In this document: in pieces, positions 1 through 10,496 of the stretch
Layout: each line of letters opens with the position of its first letter
Position numbering within the stretch: position 1 is the stretch's first letter
Assembly (NCBI GenBank): GCA_030704615.1
Contig: CM060734.1
Coordinates: forward strand, 36,642,001-36,706,000
DNA from: Takakia lepidozioides
Taxonomy: Eukaryota; Plantae; Bryophyta
Direction of reading: 5' to 3'
DNA length: 64,000 nucleotides
The notes under the pieces: model-generated
What the model saw: only the letters and a program-made list of their open reading frames with translations
Databases searched by the model: none
Told to the model about the DNA's origin: nothing
Made by a program: the position numbers and the translations under genes

Positions 1-2455
1 TGTGCATATCCTGCGAGCATCGCGTTCCATGACACCACATTTCGTTCAGCCATAGTGTCGAACACTCCCTTTGCATCCTCAATGCTCCCACATTTGGCAT
101 ACATGTCCACCAGGGCAGTGTTCAGGATCACATTTGGTACAATTCCAGCTCTGACGATGTCGCCATGCACCTCTTTGCCCTTTTCCAGGGCTGCCAGGCT
201 TGCACACGCATTGGAAACGCACACAAACGTGATGTGGTCAGGCTTCACCCCTTCGCACATCATTTGCTCATACGTCTCCAAAGCCTCCATCCCGCGCCCC
301 TGCTGTGCATATCCTGTGATCATCGCACTCCACGACACCACATCTCGTTCAGCCATATTGTCGAACACTCCCTTTGCATGCTCGATGCTCCCACATTTGG
401 CATACATGTCCACGAGGGTATTGTTCAGGATCACATCTGGTACAATTCCAGCTCTGACAATGTCGCCATGCACCTCTTTGCCCTTTTCCAGGGCTGCCAG
501 GCTTGCACACGCATTGCAAACACAAATAAAAGTGATGCGGTTGGGCTTCACCCCTTCCCCCATCATTTGCTCATAGGTCTCCAAAGCATTCCTACCACAC
601 CCATGCTTGGTAAATCCTGCCAACATTATATTCCACGTGATCAAAGATCGTTGAGGCATTCTGTTGAACACTTGGTGAGCATCCAGGATGCTCCCGCACT
701 TAACATACATGTTGACAAGGGTGTTGAGTAGAAAAACATTTGGCATGAATCCACCTTGGATAATGTGAGTGTGCACCTGCTTTCCAGCTTCCAGGCCTTT
801 CATCTTGATGCACTTACGCAAGAGACAGACATACGTTTCTGAATCTGCTGAAATGCCTCCTTGGTTTAAAGTCTGAAGAGCCTCTTTCAGTCTGCCTGCC
901 TCACAAAGCATTTTCACATGCCCAGAAGTGCCAGAAGAGGCATTGTGGACTACCTCTCTGGATCCTCTTCCAGAAGCTGTGGTCATGGTTGAGGTGCCTG
1001 ATTTTATCAACTGTGCCGCTGCAGCTGCTGCCTTTAGTTGACCATCTACCCATGCAGGTTTCTTGTCGCTATTGATCCACAGGGAATCATAGGTAATCCT
1101 GTGCTTGAAGTCTGGCCCTCTTGGATGAATCTGGACCCACACTCTACCCCTGCTCCTTCAGCTATCCATGCCTCTGCACAAATCATGCATACTTGCCTTG
1201 CTGCTAGCAGCTGACAATGACAGCCTAGATTTGTTCTAGGAAACACCCAACTCAGCTTATCACACTAGTTCCTATGCTGAATTGCGCCTGCTACTCTCTG
1301 TAATCTAACAGGCATTCACCTTTTTGCCTTGGTTGTCCCACCATTGACTGGGGTCAGAAAAGTATTCATTCCACAGCTTCTTCTTGTCCCTGTTACCTGT
1401 TTTTCGATACTTTCCTGTTGTCACATTGGCAGTATCATGTTAAAGTCACTCCAAACTAGATTCACTCAACCAGCTAACTTGCAGAATTCAACATGAAAAT
1501 TCAGGGCCGGTTCTGATAAGAGGGAAAAACAGGGTGAATTGTGTTGAAGAAGGTGCCTTCATTAGCAGTGCCTGATTTTATCAATTGTGCCGCTGCTGCT
1601 GCGGCTTCCAGTTGACCATCTACCCATGCGTTTCTTGTAGGTATCCTTCCACAGAGAATCATAGGTAATCTGGAGCTTGAAATCCGGCCCTCTTGGATGA
1701 ATCTGGACCCACACTCTATCCCTGCTCCTTCAGCTATCCATGCCTCTGCAAAAATGATGCATACATCCTGGCCTTGCTGCTAGCAACTGACAATGGCAGC
1801 CTAGAATTCTTCCACTAACCATACTTATCACACTAGTTCCTATGCTGACTTCCGTCTGCTTCCAACAGGCATTCACCTTTTTGTCTCCATTGTCCCACCA
1901 TTGACTGGGGTCGGAAAAGTGTTCATTCGAAAGCTTCTGCTCATCTCTGTTATCTGTTTTTGGATACTTTCCTGCTGCCACATCGGCAGTAACTTGTCAA
2001 AGTCACTCCAAACCACCACAGATCCACCCAACGTGGATGCTTACAGAACTCAATATGCAAATTCAGGGCCGAGTCTGACCTTGTCCTTGACCTTGACCTT
2101 GTGTCATGACCCATGGAGGATTTGACCGACCATCAACCCAGAAGGACCTCTTGTGTGTGCTGCTTGTGTCTGTAGTCAGGTAATGTCGGATTGGTCTGTG
2201 AGAACCACCACGGTGCAGCTGAGCAGGCAGAGATTGAAACACGGCCTGCTAAGACCAAGCTGACTCTCCCAAGAACCTTGTAAACTTCAGGAAGAATACC
2301 AAATCATGGTACTAACAGAAGCCAAGAGCCCACATTTGCAGGATGGACAAACTTCTTCACATCGTACATTAAGAAAAAGTCACACCTTGCGATTGCGGTT
2401 GCGGTTGCCCCACCATCGTGAAGGATCGTTAAAAAACTCATGCCAGCTCTGCTCC
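1..2455 (-). CDS. PLS-class PPR gene, paralog of the + strand gene, with N-terminal OSB-type PDF motifs; 3' part runs off the window
   Basis: Main exon 1130->1 is open: IHPRGPDFKHRITYDSLWINSDKKPAWVDGQL...NVFLLNTLVNMYVKCGS...SLITWNIMLAGF...DVVSWSAMITGY...NVVSWNAMLAGYA. It is absent from the ORF track because there is no stop inside the window. The preceding exon (KKLWNEYFSDPSQWWDNQGKK) ends at 1320, with a GT-AG intron 1319-1131. The two upstream PDF modules carry frameshifts (~1630 and ~2155). Confidence 0.9.
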
Positions 2456-3134
2456 GTGGTCCAAGGTAGAGGTTTGTGCTCGAAAATCCGACAGCATCAA
2501 CATTTTGACAAGGTCCATTACTGAGGGGTGCTAGAGAGCTTCCAACAACATTCATGCAAGTCACGTTGGGATACATTGGGCTCTACACGATGAGGAACAA
2601 CGAACATGTCCAGACTTACACAGATGCTAACCCAGCTTACGTTTGCAGTCTGGAGATTGTAGAGTGGTCTCTGAAAACCACCAGGGAGGAAGGCGCTGAG
2701 CAGCCAGAGTCTTTTACCCTGAGTCTTGGCATTTCAGTTTTTCTCACGTTCTTACTATACCCCAAGTCGTTCAAAAAATAAAATCAGCCAAAGTCCAAAC
2801 ACAAAAAAAAAGAAAGGTGGCAATTGCATGTGGGACCCATTTGGCGACTGCATGCAAGCGCTAACCGCTAGGAGCCATCAGAACGGCACGACCACGAACC
2901 GGTGGTCCATGTAGGGCCCCTGACACTGCCACCTTGGAAGTGCACGGTAATATCCTTGCTGAAAGTTCGGTAAAAGCACTGGAGTTCGTTGTTCCTCGTC
3001 GTGTAGAGCCCAATGGAGCCCAAAACAACTTGCATGAATGTTGTTGAAAGCTCTCTAGCACCCCTCAGTAAAGGACCTTGTCAAAATGTTGATGCTGTCG
3101 GATTTTCGAGCACAAACCTCTACCTTGGAGCACG

Positions 3135-4500
3135 GAGCAGAGCTGGCATGAGTTTTTTAAAGATCCTTCACGATGGTGGGACAACCGCAGTCGCAACCGC
3201 AATCGCAAGGTGTGGCTTTTCTTAATGTACGATGTGAAGAAGTTTGTCCATCCCGCAAATGTGGGCTCTTGGCTCCTGTTAGTACCATGATTTGGTATTC
3301 TTCCTGATGTTTATAAGGTTCTTGGGAGAGTCAGCTTGGTCTTAGCAGGCCGTCAAATCCTCCATGGGTCATGACACAAGGTCAAGGACAAAGTGGTGAG
3401 GGCACCTTCTTCTTCGACCTATTTCAGCCTGTTTTGCCCTTTCATCAGACTCGGCCCTGAATTTGCATATTGAATTCTGTAAGTTAGCTCGTTGGGTGGA
3501 TCTGTGGTGGTTTGGAGTGAAAGTTACTGCCGATGTGGCAGCGGGAAAGTATCCAAAAACAGATAACAGAGGTGAGGAGAAGCTTTGGAATGAACACATT
3601 TCCGACCCCAGTCAAAGGTGGGACAATGGAGACAAAAAGGTGAATGCCTGTTGGACGCAGCTGCAAGTCAGCATAGGAACTAGTGTGATAAGTATGGTTA
3701 GGGTGTTTGCTGGAAGAATTCTAGGCTGTCATTGTCAGTTGCTAGCAGCAAGGCAAGGATGTATGCATTTGTGCAGAGGCATAGATAGCTGAAGGAGCAG
3801 GGATAGAGTGTGGGTCCAGATTCATCCAAGAAGGCCAGATTTCAAGCACAAGGTTACCTGTGATTCGCTGTGGATCAATAGCTACGAGAAACCTGCATGG
3901 GTAGATGGTCAACTGGAAGCTGCAGCAGCAGCAGCACAATTCATAAAATCAGGCACCGCTAATGAAGGCACCTTCTTCAACACATTTCACCCTGTTCTTC
4001 CCTCTTATCAGAATCGGCCCTAAATTTTCATGTTGAATTCTGCAAGTTAGCTGGTTGAGTGAACCTTTGATAGTTTGGAGTGACTTTGACATGATACTGC
4101 CAATGTGACAACAGGAAAGTATCCAGAAACAGGTAACAGAGACGAGGAGAAGCTGTGGAAAGAATACTTTTCTGACCCCAGTCAATGGTGGGACAATCGA
4201 GGCAAAAAGGTGAATGCCTGTTGGATTACAGAGAGTAGCAGACGCAATGAGCATAGGAACTAGTGTGATAAGCTGAGTTGGGTGTTTCCTAGAACAAATC
4301 TAGGCTGTCATTGCCAGCTGCTAGCAGCAAGGCAAGGATGAATGCATGATTTGTGCAGAGGCATGGGTAGCTGAAGGAGCAGGGGTAGGGTGTGGGTACA
4401 GATTCATCCAAGAGGGCCAGATTTCAAGCACAAGATTACCTATGATTCCCTGTGGATCAATAGCTACAAGAAACCTGCATGGGTAGATGGTCAACTAAAG
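3135..4500 (+). repeat. Three tandem intron-split PDF (OSB-type) modules; modules 2 and 3 form a ~570-bp tandem duplication
   Basis: EQSWHEFFKDPSRWWDNRSRNRNRK|gt at 3135-3209; EEKLWNEHISDPSQRWDNGDKK|IHPRRPDFKHKVTCDSLWINSYEKPAWVDGQL; EEKLWKEYFSDPSQWWDNRGKK|IHPRGPDFKHKITYDSLWINSYKKPAWVDGQL. Nucleotides ~3400-3965 resemble ~3967-4535. Confidence 0.88.
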
Positions 4501-7326
4501 GCAGCAGCAGCAGCGGCACAGTTGATAAAATCAGGCACCTCAACCATGACCACAGCTTCTGGAAGAGGATCCAGAGAGGGAGTCCACAATGCTTCTTCTG
4601 GCACTTCTGCGCATGTGAAGATGCTTTGTGAGGCAGGCAGACTGAAAGAGGCTCTACAGACTTTAAACCAAGGAGGCATTTCAGCAGATTCAGAAACGTA
4701 TGTCTGTCTCTTGCATAAGTGCATCAAGGTGAAAGGCCTGGAAGCTGGAAAGCAGGTGCACACTCACATTATCCAAAGTGGGTTCACGCCAAATGTTTTT
4801 CTCCTCAACACCCTTGTCAACATGTATGTTAAGTGCGGGAGCATCATGGATGCTCACCAAGTGTTCAACAGAATGCCTCAACGATCTTTGATCACGTGGA
4901 ATATAATGTTGGCAGGATTTACCAAGCATGAGTGTGGTAGGAATGCTTTGGAGACCTATGAGCAAATGATGGGGGAAGGGGTGAAGCCCGACCACATTAC
5001 GTTTGTGTGCGTTTGCAGTGCGTGTGCAAGCCTGGCAGCCCTGGAAAAGGGCAAAGAGGTGCATGGCGACATCGTCAGAGCTGGAATTGTACCAGATGTG
5101 ATCCTGAACAATACCCTGGTGGACATGTATTCTAAATGTGGGAGCATCAAGCATGCAAAGGGAGTGTTCGACAGTATGGCTGAACGAAATGTGGTGTCGT
5201 GGAATGCGATGCTTGCAGGATATGCACAGCAGGGGCGCGGGATGGAGGCTTTGGAGACGTATAAGCAAATGATGTGCGAAGGGGTGAAGCCCGACCACAT
5301 CACGTTTGTGTGCGTTTGCAATGCGTGTGCAAGCCTGGCAGCCCTGGAAAAGGGTAAAGAGGTGCATGGCGACATCGTAAGAGCTGGAATTGTACCAAAT
5401 GTGATCCTGAACACTGCCCTGGTGGACATGTATGCCAAATGTGGGAGCCTCAAGGATGCGAAGGGAGTGTTCGACAATATGGCTGAACGAAATGTGGTGT
5501 CGTGGAGTGCTCTGCTCGCAGGATATACACAGCAGGGGTGCGGGATGGAGGCTTTGGAGACGTATGAGCAAATGATGTACGAAGGGGTGAAGCCCGACCA
5601 CATCACGTTTGTGTGCATTTGCAATGCGTGTGCAAGCCTGGCAGCCCTGGAAAAGGGCAAAGAGGTGCATGGCGACATCGTCAGAGCTGGAATTGTACCA
5701 AATGTGATCCTGAACACTGCCCTGGTGGACATGTATGCCAAATGTGGGAGCATCGAGGATGCAAAAGGAGTGTTCGACAATATGGCTGAACGAGATGTGG
5801 TGTCGTGGAGTGCGATGCTTGCAGGGTATGCACAGCAGGGGCGCGGGATGGAGGCTTTGGAGACGTATGAGCAAATGATGTGCGAAGGGGTGAAGCCCGA
5901 CCACATCACGTTTGTGTGCGTTTGCAATGCGTGTGCAAGCCTGGCAGCCCTGGAAAAGGGCAAAGAGGTGCATGGCGACATCGTCAGAGCTGGAATCGTA
6001 CCAAATGTCATCCTGAACACTGCCCTGGTGGACATGTATGCCAAATGTGGGAGCATCAAGGATGCAAAGGGAGTGTTCAACGATATGGCTGAACGAAATG
6101 TGGTGTCGTGGAATGCGATGCTTGCAGGGTATGCACAGCAGGGGCGCGGGATGGAGGCTTTGGAGACGTATGAGCAAATGATGTGCGAAGGGCTGAAGCC
6201 TGACCACATCACATTTGTGTGCGTTTGCAATGCGTGTGCAAGCCTGGCAGCCCTGGAAAAGGGCAAAGAGGTGCATGGCGACATCGTCAGAGCTGGAATT
6301 GTACCAGATGTGATCCTGAACACTGCCCTGGTGGACATGTATGCCAAATGTGGGTGCATCGAGGATGCAAAGGGAGTGTTCGACAATATGGCTGAACGAG
6401 ATGTGGTGTCGTGGAGTGCGATGATGGCAGGATATGCACAGCATGGTTGTCATAGGGAGGTCGTGCAACTATTTGAAGGAATGCAAAAGAAGGGCTTGAA
6501 GCCGAACAGTGTCACCTTTATATGTGTTCTCTCTGCATGCAGCCACACTGGCCTACTGAATGAAGGAAGACGCTACTTTGATTCCCTGAGTCAAGATCAT
6601 GGTGTCACTCCGACAGTAAAGCACTTTGGCTGCATGGTGGACCTTCTTGGACGCGCGGGACAACTGGATGAGGCAGTGGACCTGATTAATAAAATGCCCA
6701 TAAATCCAGATGCTGTGGTGTGGAAGGCCTTGCTTGGTGCCTGCAGAATCCATGGCAATGTGGAGATGGCTGAACGTGCAGCAACATCTATCCTCAGGTG
6801 GGATGAACAGGATGCCGCGACTTATGTGTTGCTCTCAAACATCTATGCTGCAGCTGGCAGGTGGGATGATACTGCAAAGGTGAGAAGAATGATGAAGGTC
6901 AAAGGGGTTAGAAAGGAGCCAGGTCGCTGCTGCATTGAGGTTGGCAACAGGGTGCACACCTTCGTTGTAGATGACAAGTTGCATCCCAGAATTAAGGAAA
7001 TCCATGCTGAGCTGAGAAGATTGTCTGGGCAGATGAAGGAGGCGGGGTATGTGCCTGACACGCGCTTTGTATTGCAAGATGTGGGGGAGGAGGAAAAGGA
7101 ATTTTCTCTTTGCCACCACAGTGAGAAGCTGGCCATTGGTTTTGGGCTGATCAGCACGACCCCTAGGACGCCTCTCCGTCTCATCAAGAATCTTCGAGTG
7201 TGTGGTGACTGCCACACCTCCACCAAATTCATCTCAAAGATTGTTGGCCGAGCAATTGTTGTACGGGACGCTAACCGCTTTCACCACTTTGAAGATGGGA
7301 TTTGTTCTTGTGGGGATTACTGGTGA
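3135..7326 (+). CDS. PDF-motif + PLS-PPR + E1/E2 + DYW cytidine-deaminase protein (organellar C-to-U RNA editing factor)
   Basis: Final exon 4402-7326 encodes L-S-(P-L-S)x5-P2-L2-S2-E1-E2, PG box (EPGRCCIE), HSEKLA, CGDCH and terminal CSCGDYW. Inferred upstream exons: ~3135-3209, ~3335/3371-3395, 3542-3639, 3820-~3967, ~4115-4209. The GT-AG introns 3640-3819 and 4210-4401 rejoin two halves of a PDF motif in frame. The true start codon is not resolved. Confidence 0.95.
4940..6440 (+). repeat. About five near-identical 303-bp (101-aa) P-L-S triplet tandem repeats
   Basis: DHITFVCVCNACASLAALEKGKEVHGDIVRAGIVP recurs every 101 aa with almost identical DNA (e.g. gcagccctggaaaagggcaaagaggtgcatggcgacatcg). 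Confidence 0.95.
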
Positions 7327-7743
7327 AAGGATGTTTTCTTGGAAAGATGCGAGTGTCTTGCTTCATTCATTGATCTGTGTAGCTACTCAGATCATCCACC
7401 ATTTCCTGAGAGTATTGACCATAATGTACTGTTGAGTGCATTTCCTGTGGCATATCCACGGAAAATGATAGTGGAGTCTACCCGGCATAGGTGGGAAGTC
7501 AGCCCTGAACCTGCCCCTGAAAACAAGTCAACATGACCATGCCCAAGTCAGAGAGGGCGTGTTGGCAGCTTGGCGCTGGCTGGGGGGGGGGTGGAGAATG
7601 TGTGGCGTCGAGCTTGGCGAGCGTCCTTGTAACAGATCCGTTTCACGGGACCTCCGAAGTGCTTATAATTGGAAGGCATCCTTCCTGGCGAGGAGGCGGG
7701 GACCTCTGCTTGGTCAGGATTTGTTCGAGGTTTTTTCAAGAAG

Positions 7744-8376
7744 ATGTCGCTGCGAATAAAGGCAGTAGTGGAGAATTTTGCGAGGGATTTGAAGGCAGCA
7801 TTGGACTCTGACATCCAGGATCGCCTTATGAAGGAAAGAGAGATGAACAATTACTTGGAGGAGAGGGAAGGGGAGGTGGCTGAGAGAGAGTCTGCCTGGA
7901 AGGCAGAGCTTGGGTGGAGAGAGGTATTCCCTCACAGACAAATTCAACCTGAAAATGAGTCCATGGAAAAGATTGAATATGAAAAACAGAGCTTGATTGA
8001 ATTTTTTCTTCCAGCGTCAACCTGGTTTCCTGGCGATCTTGGGCTTTCCATTGATGGGTGTCTCTCTTCCGTTTTCTGCCCACAATGTCAATCTGTTGAT
8101 AAGGTTGGAAAGTTTGAAGCATGCTTACCGTGATCAAGTAGAATTTGAATATCTGACAGACTCTGTGAGGTACTTGTAGCATAACGAGTTTTTTGCATAC
8201 AGGCTGAGATTGCGAGGCAAGAGACAAGGTTAAATTTAGAGAGAGAGAGCTTGGAGAAAGAGAAGAGTGTGCTCATGGGGACTGCGTCGACTTTGGACAA
8301 CCAGGATGGGGCCTTGGAGATCACTGTCAGTGGCGAGAAGTATTGGTGCCTTCGGTTTTCCAAAGCAAAGAAATAA
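7744..8376 (+). CDS. Small conserved plant coiled-coil protein of unknown function (117 aa, 2 exons: 7744-7923, 8203-8376)
   Basis: A phase-0 GT-AG intron (7924-8202) joins MSLRIKAVVENFARDLKAALDSDIQDRLMKEREM...AELGWRE to AEIARQETRLNLERESLEKEKSVLMGTASTLDNQDGALEITVSGEKYWCLRFSKAKK*. It resembles a conserved land-plant protein as I recall it; no name is assigned. Confidence 0.85.
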
Positions 8377-10011
8377 CAGCAGATGGAGTTGTCGTACATT
8401 GACTAACCTAATATCTGTTTGCTGGATTGCTGTGAAGATACAGGCTTCCCACATCTCCATGTTCATCTTCACGTGTGCGGGTAGCCAACTACACCCACAG
8501 CTACTTGACCCTAGGTATGCCACTCTTGCTGTCAAAACTAAAATGGTAGTTGCACGAACTTCTATATCTCACATACCTTCGAGTCTCAATTTCACATTGC
8601 GCTCCTCAAAATTGCAGTTGTTAGGTGCTAGAGTGCGTATACTGGGTAAGCAATTTCAACAGAGAGGAAGCCACATCTGACAAGAGGGTTCCCATGTGAA
8701 GCTGACTGCCTGAAGAGGTAGGAAGCCCTGAGGGAGGTGGGGAAGTTCTGAATGTAGTGAGGTTAACAATCTACCAACAGAAGTGGCCACCTAAGCACCT
8801 ACTTTACAGGAGAGAAGCAAATACAGCTCTTCCAGATGGAGGGCCATCTTGGCTCGACTGAAGATAAGGAATTCCCTTTGTTTTCTACAGCTGAAGGTCG
8901 AAAACACGAGAAGCATCTTTTTCGCCCCCAAGGTTAAGGATGTAAAGAAGAGGAGTAAGCGGGGTGTGCAGTCTGAGGAACCAGACTATAACTACAGTGA
9001 AGACTTAAGTACTGAGGGAAGTGGAACATCTGAGAGGGATTAAATTTTCCCCTCACTCTATGGGCATGTGAATTGTCAATTATAAGGCTTTCTTACATAT
9101 GTACATAAGGTGGAAAATGTTTGTTTGTTATCACGAATACTTACTGAAACTCTTAAATTGTTGATATTGTCCCTTAGCACTAGTAATACTGCTTGCCCCA
9201 CTTGTAGTTAGGCTCGACTTAGTTAAGAGCATTTTAAGAGAACTAGCTAAGAGTGAACTGTGATTTGGTGCCCCACCTATGGTTACATGCTTCAGTTTCA
9301 TAAGTTAGATGGATATCAGTTATATTAATCGCTAGGGTCATCTTCCTCTGCTACACCCCAAACTGTTGGTCCGCGGGCTGACAACTGTGGCCTATTCACC
9401 CCTTAGGTTTAAAGGATAAACTTTATCTGTTAGTATACATCTCAAAATACAAGGCTTCAGTTAGGACTAACTAGTAACCTAAACTGAACTGAGAGCCATT
9501 AACAAGTGAGGTCCTTTGTTGAGCACTAATGGTTGACACTAACTTTCCAAAAAACAAAGAAAAATAAAAGGGACAAAAGCCCAAGTACTCAAATGAAAAT
9601 GGGACGGAGGAGGAAATTAACCTCGTAAAGGCCAAAGAAACAACAAAGGAAGTGAAGTGAACCAAGATACTAACTGCAAGCGGGGCAGCGCGAAGCAAGT
9701 TTTGCAATTGACCAAGTACTAATATTTGTGGGAAAAGCAGGAATCTCTACTGCTTTGGCTGCAATGCAAATCACACTACTACATATCATATAAAGGATAT
9801 ACACGCAAACGAAATGATAGAAAGTATTTGCAGCTGGCAAGTCTTCCTCCGAAGATCAAGGACTTCAAGTGGAAGCTCTTCGGTCTTCATAGCTTGTTGA
9901 ACTAGGGAATGCAAGATCTTCCATAATAAATGTGGATTCTAGCTGAATCACATGCATAACTTATAGTGTCACTGGCTATTGCCTTCCAAAGAGAAGGCGG
10001 ACACCATTATA

Positions 10012-10097
10012 ACATCCAATGCACTTGTGTGGATTCGAACCCACAACCACTAATGAAATGGTCTTATGCCCCAACCACGCGGCTATCTATTGGATGT
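10012..10097 (-). other. tRNA-derived sequence (pseudo-tRNA or SINE head)
   Basis: Minus strand has an A-box-like TAGCCGCGTGG and a B-box GGTTCGAATCC at tRNA-like spacing, bracketed by the 9-bp inverted repeat ACATCCAAT/ATTGGATGT. No clean anticodon arm. Confidence 0.45.
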
Positions 10098-10496
10098 GGA
10101 TCTTCCATAAACATTCTTCCTTGGCTCCCTTGAAAATCTTGAGCACTGGAAGCTTGTAACATTACAAAATGACAGGCCTTTTGAATACCTCATGATGAAC
10201 CACTCTCTAACCTAAACTTGAATATTGAAAACACATGAGATGTGAAAACTGTAGACCTAAGTATTGCTGAAACTTTCACCCTCCAAACTCAAAAAAGTAC
10301 ACTGCGAAGAAATCCAACTGGAAATACCAGACATTCATCGCAAAACATGGAAACTGTGCGAACACTGCCATTGAATTATGTGAATCATACAGCTAATATC
10401 CGATTCATCAGTGTCTACAAATGTTCAAATGAGACAGTAGTGAAATTTAATGCTTTTTTAAGATGAAACATCTTTAAACTTTATACATTAGCTTAA

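Larger units (their letters stand above)
1..5531. repeat. Large inverted duplication: arms ~1-2613 and ~2979-5531, unique spacer ~2614-2978
   Basis: The reverse complement of 1-2613 aligns colinearly by eye with 2979-5531, including introns, with a few indels. The left arm continues beyond the window start. Confidence 0.93.

Noticed and set aside
4940-6440. CRISPR-like or satellite array
   Set aside because: The repeats are contiguous in-frame protein repeats without spacers, in a eukaryotic context.
4690-6468. Long antisense ORFs (592 aa and 476 aa; also + ORFs 55-576 and 165-731)
   Set aside because: Shadow frames of the PPR array: one stop-free 303-bp unit repeated gives long ORFs automatically, and the products have no recognisable motifs.
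6900-7326. Possible U-to-C (DYW:KP) reverse-editing factor
   Set aside because: The domain has a PG box, HSE and a DYW terminus, i.e. the canonical C-to-U type.
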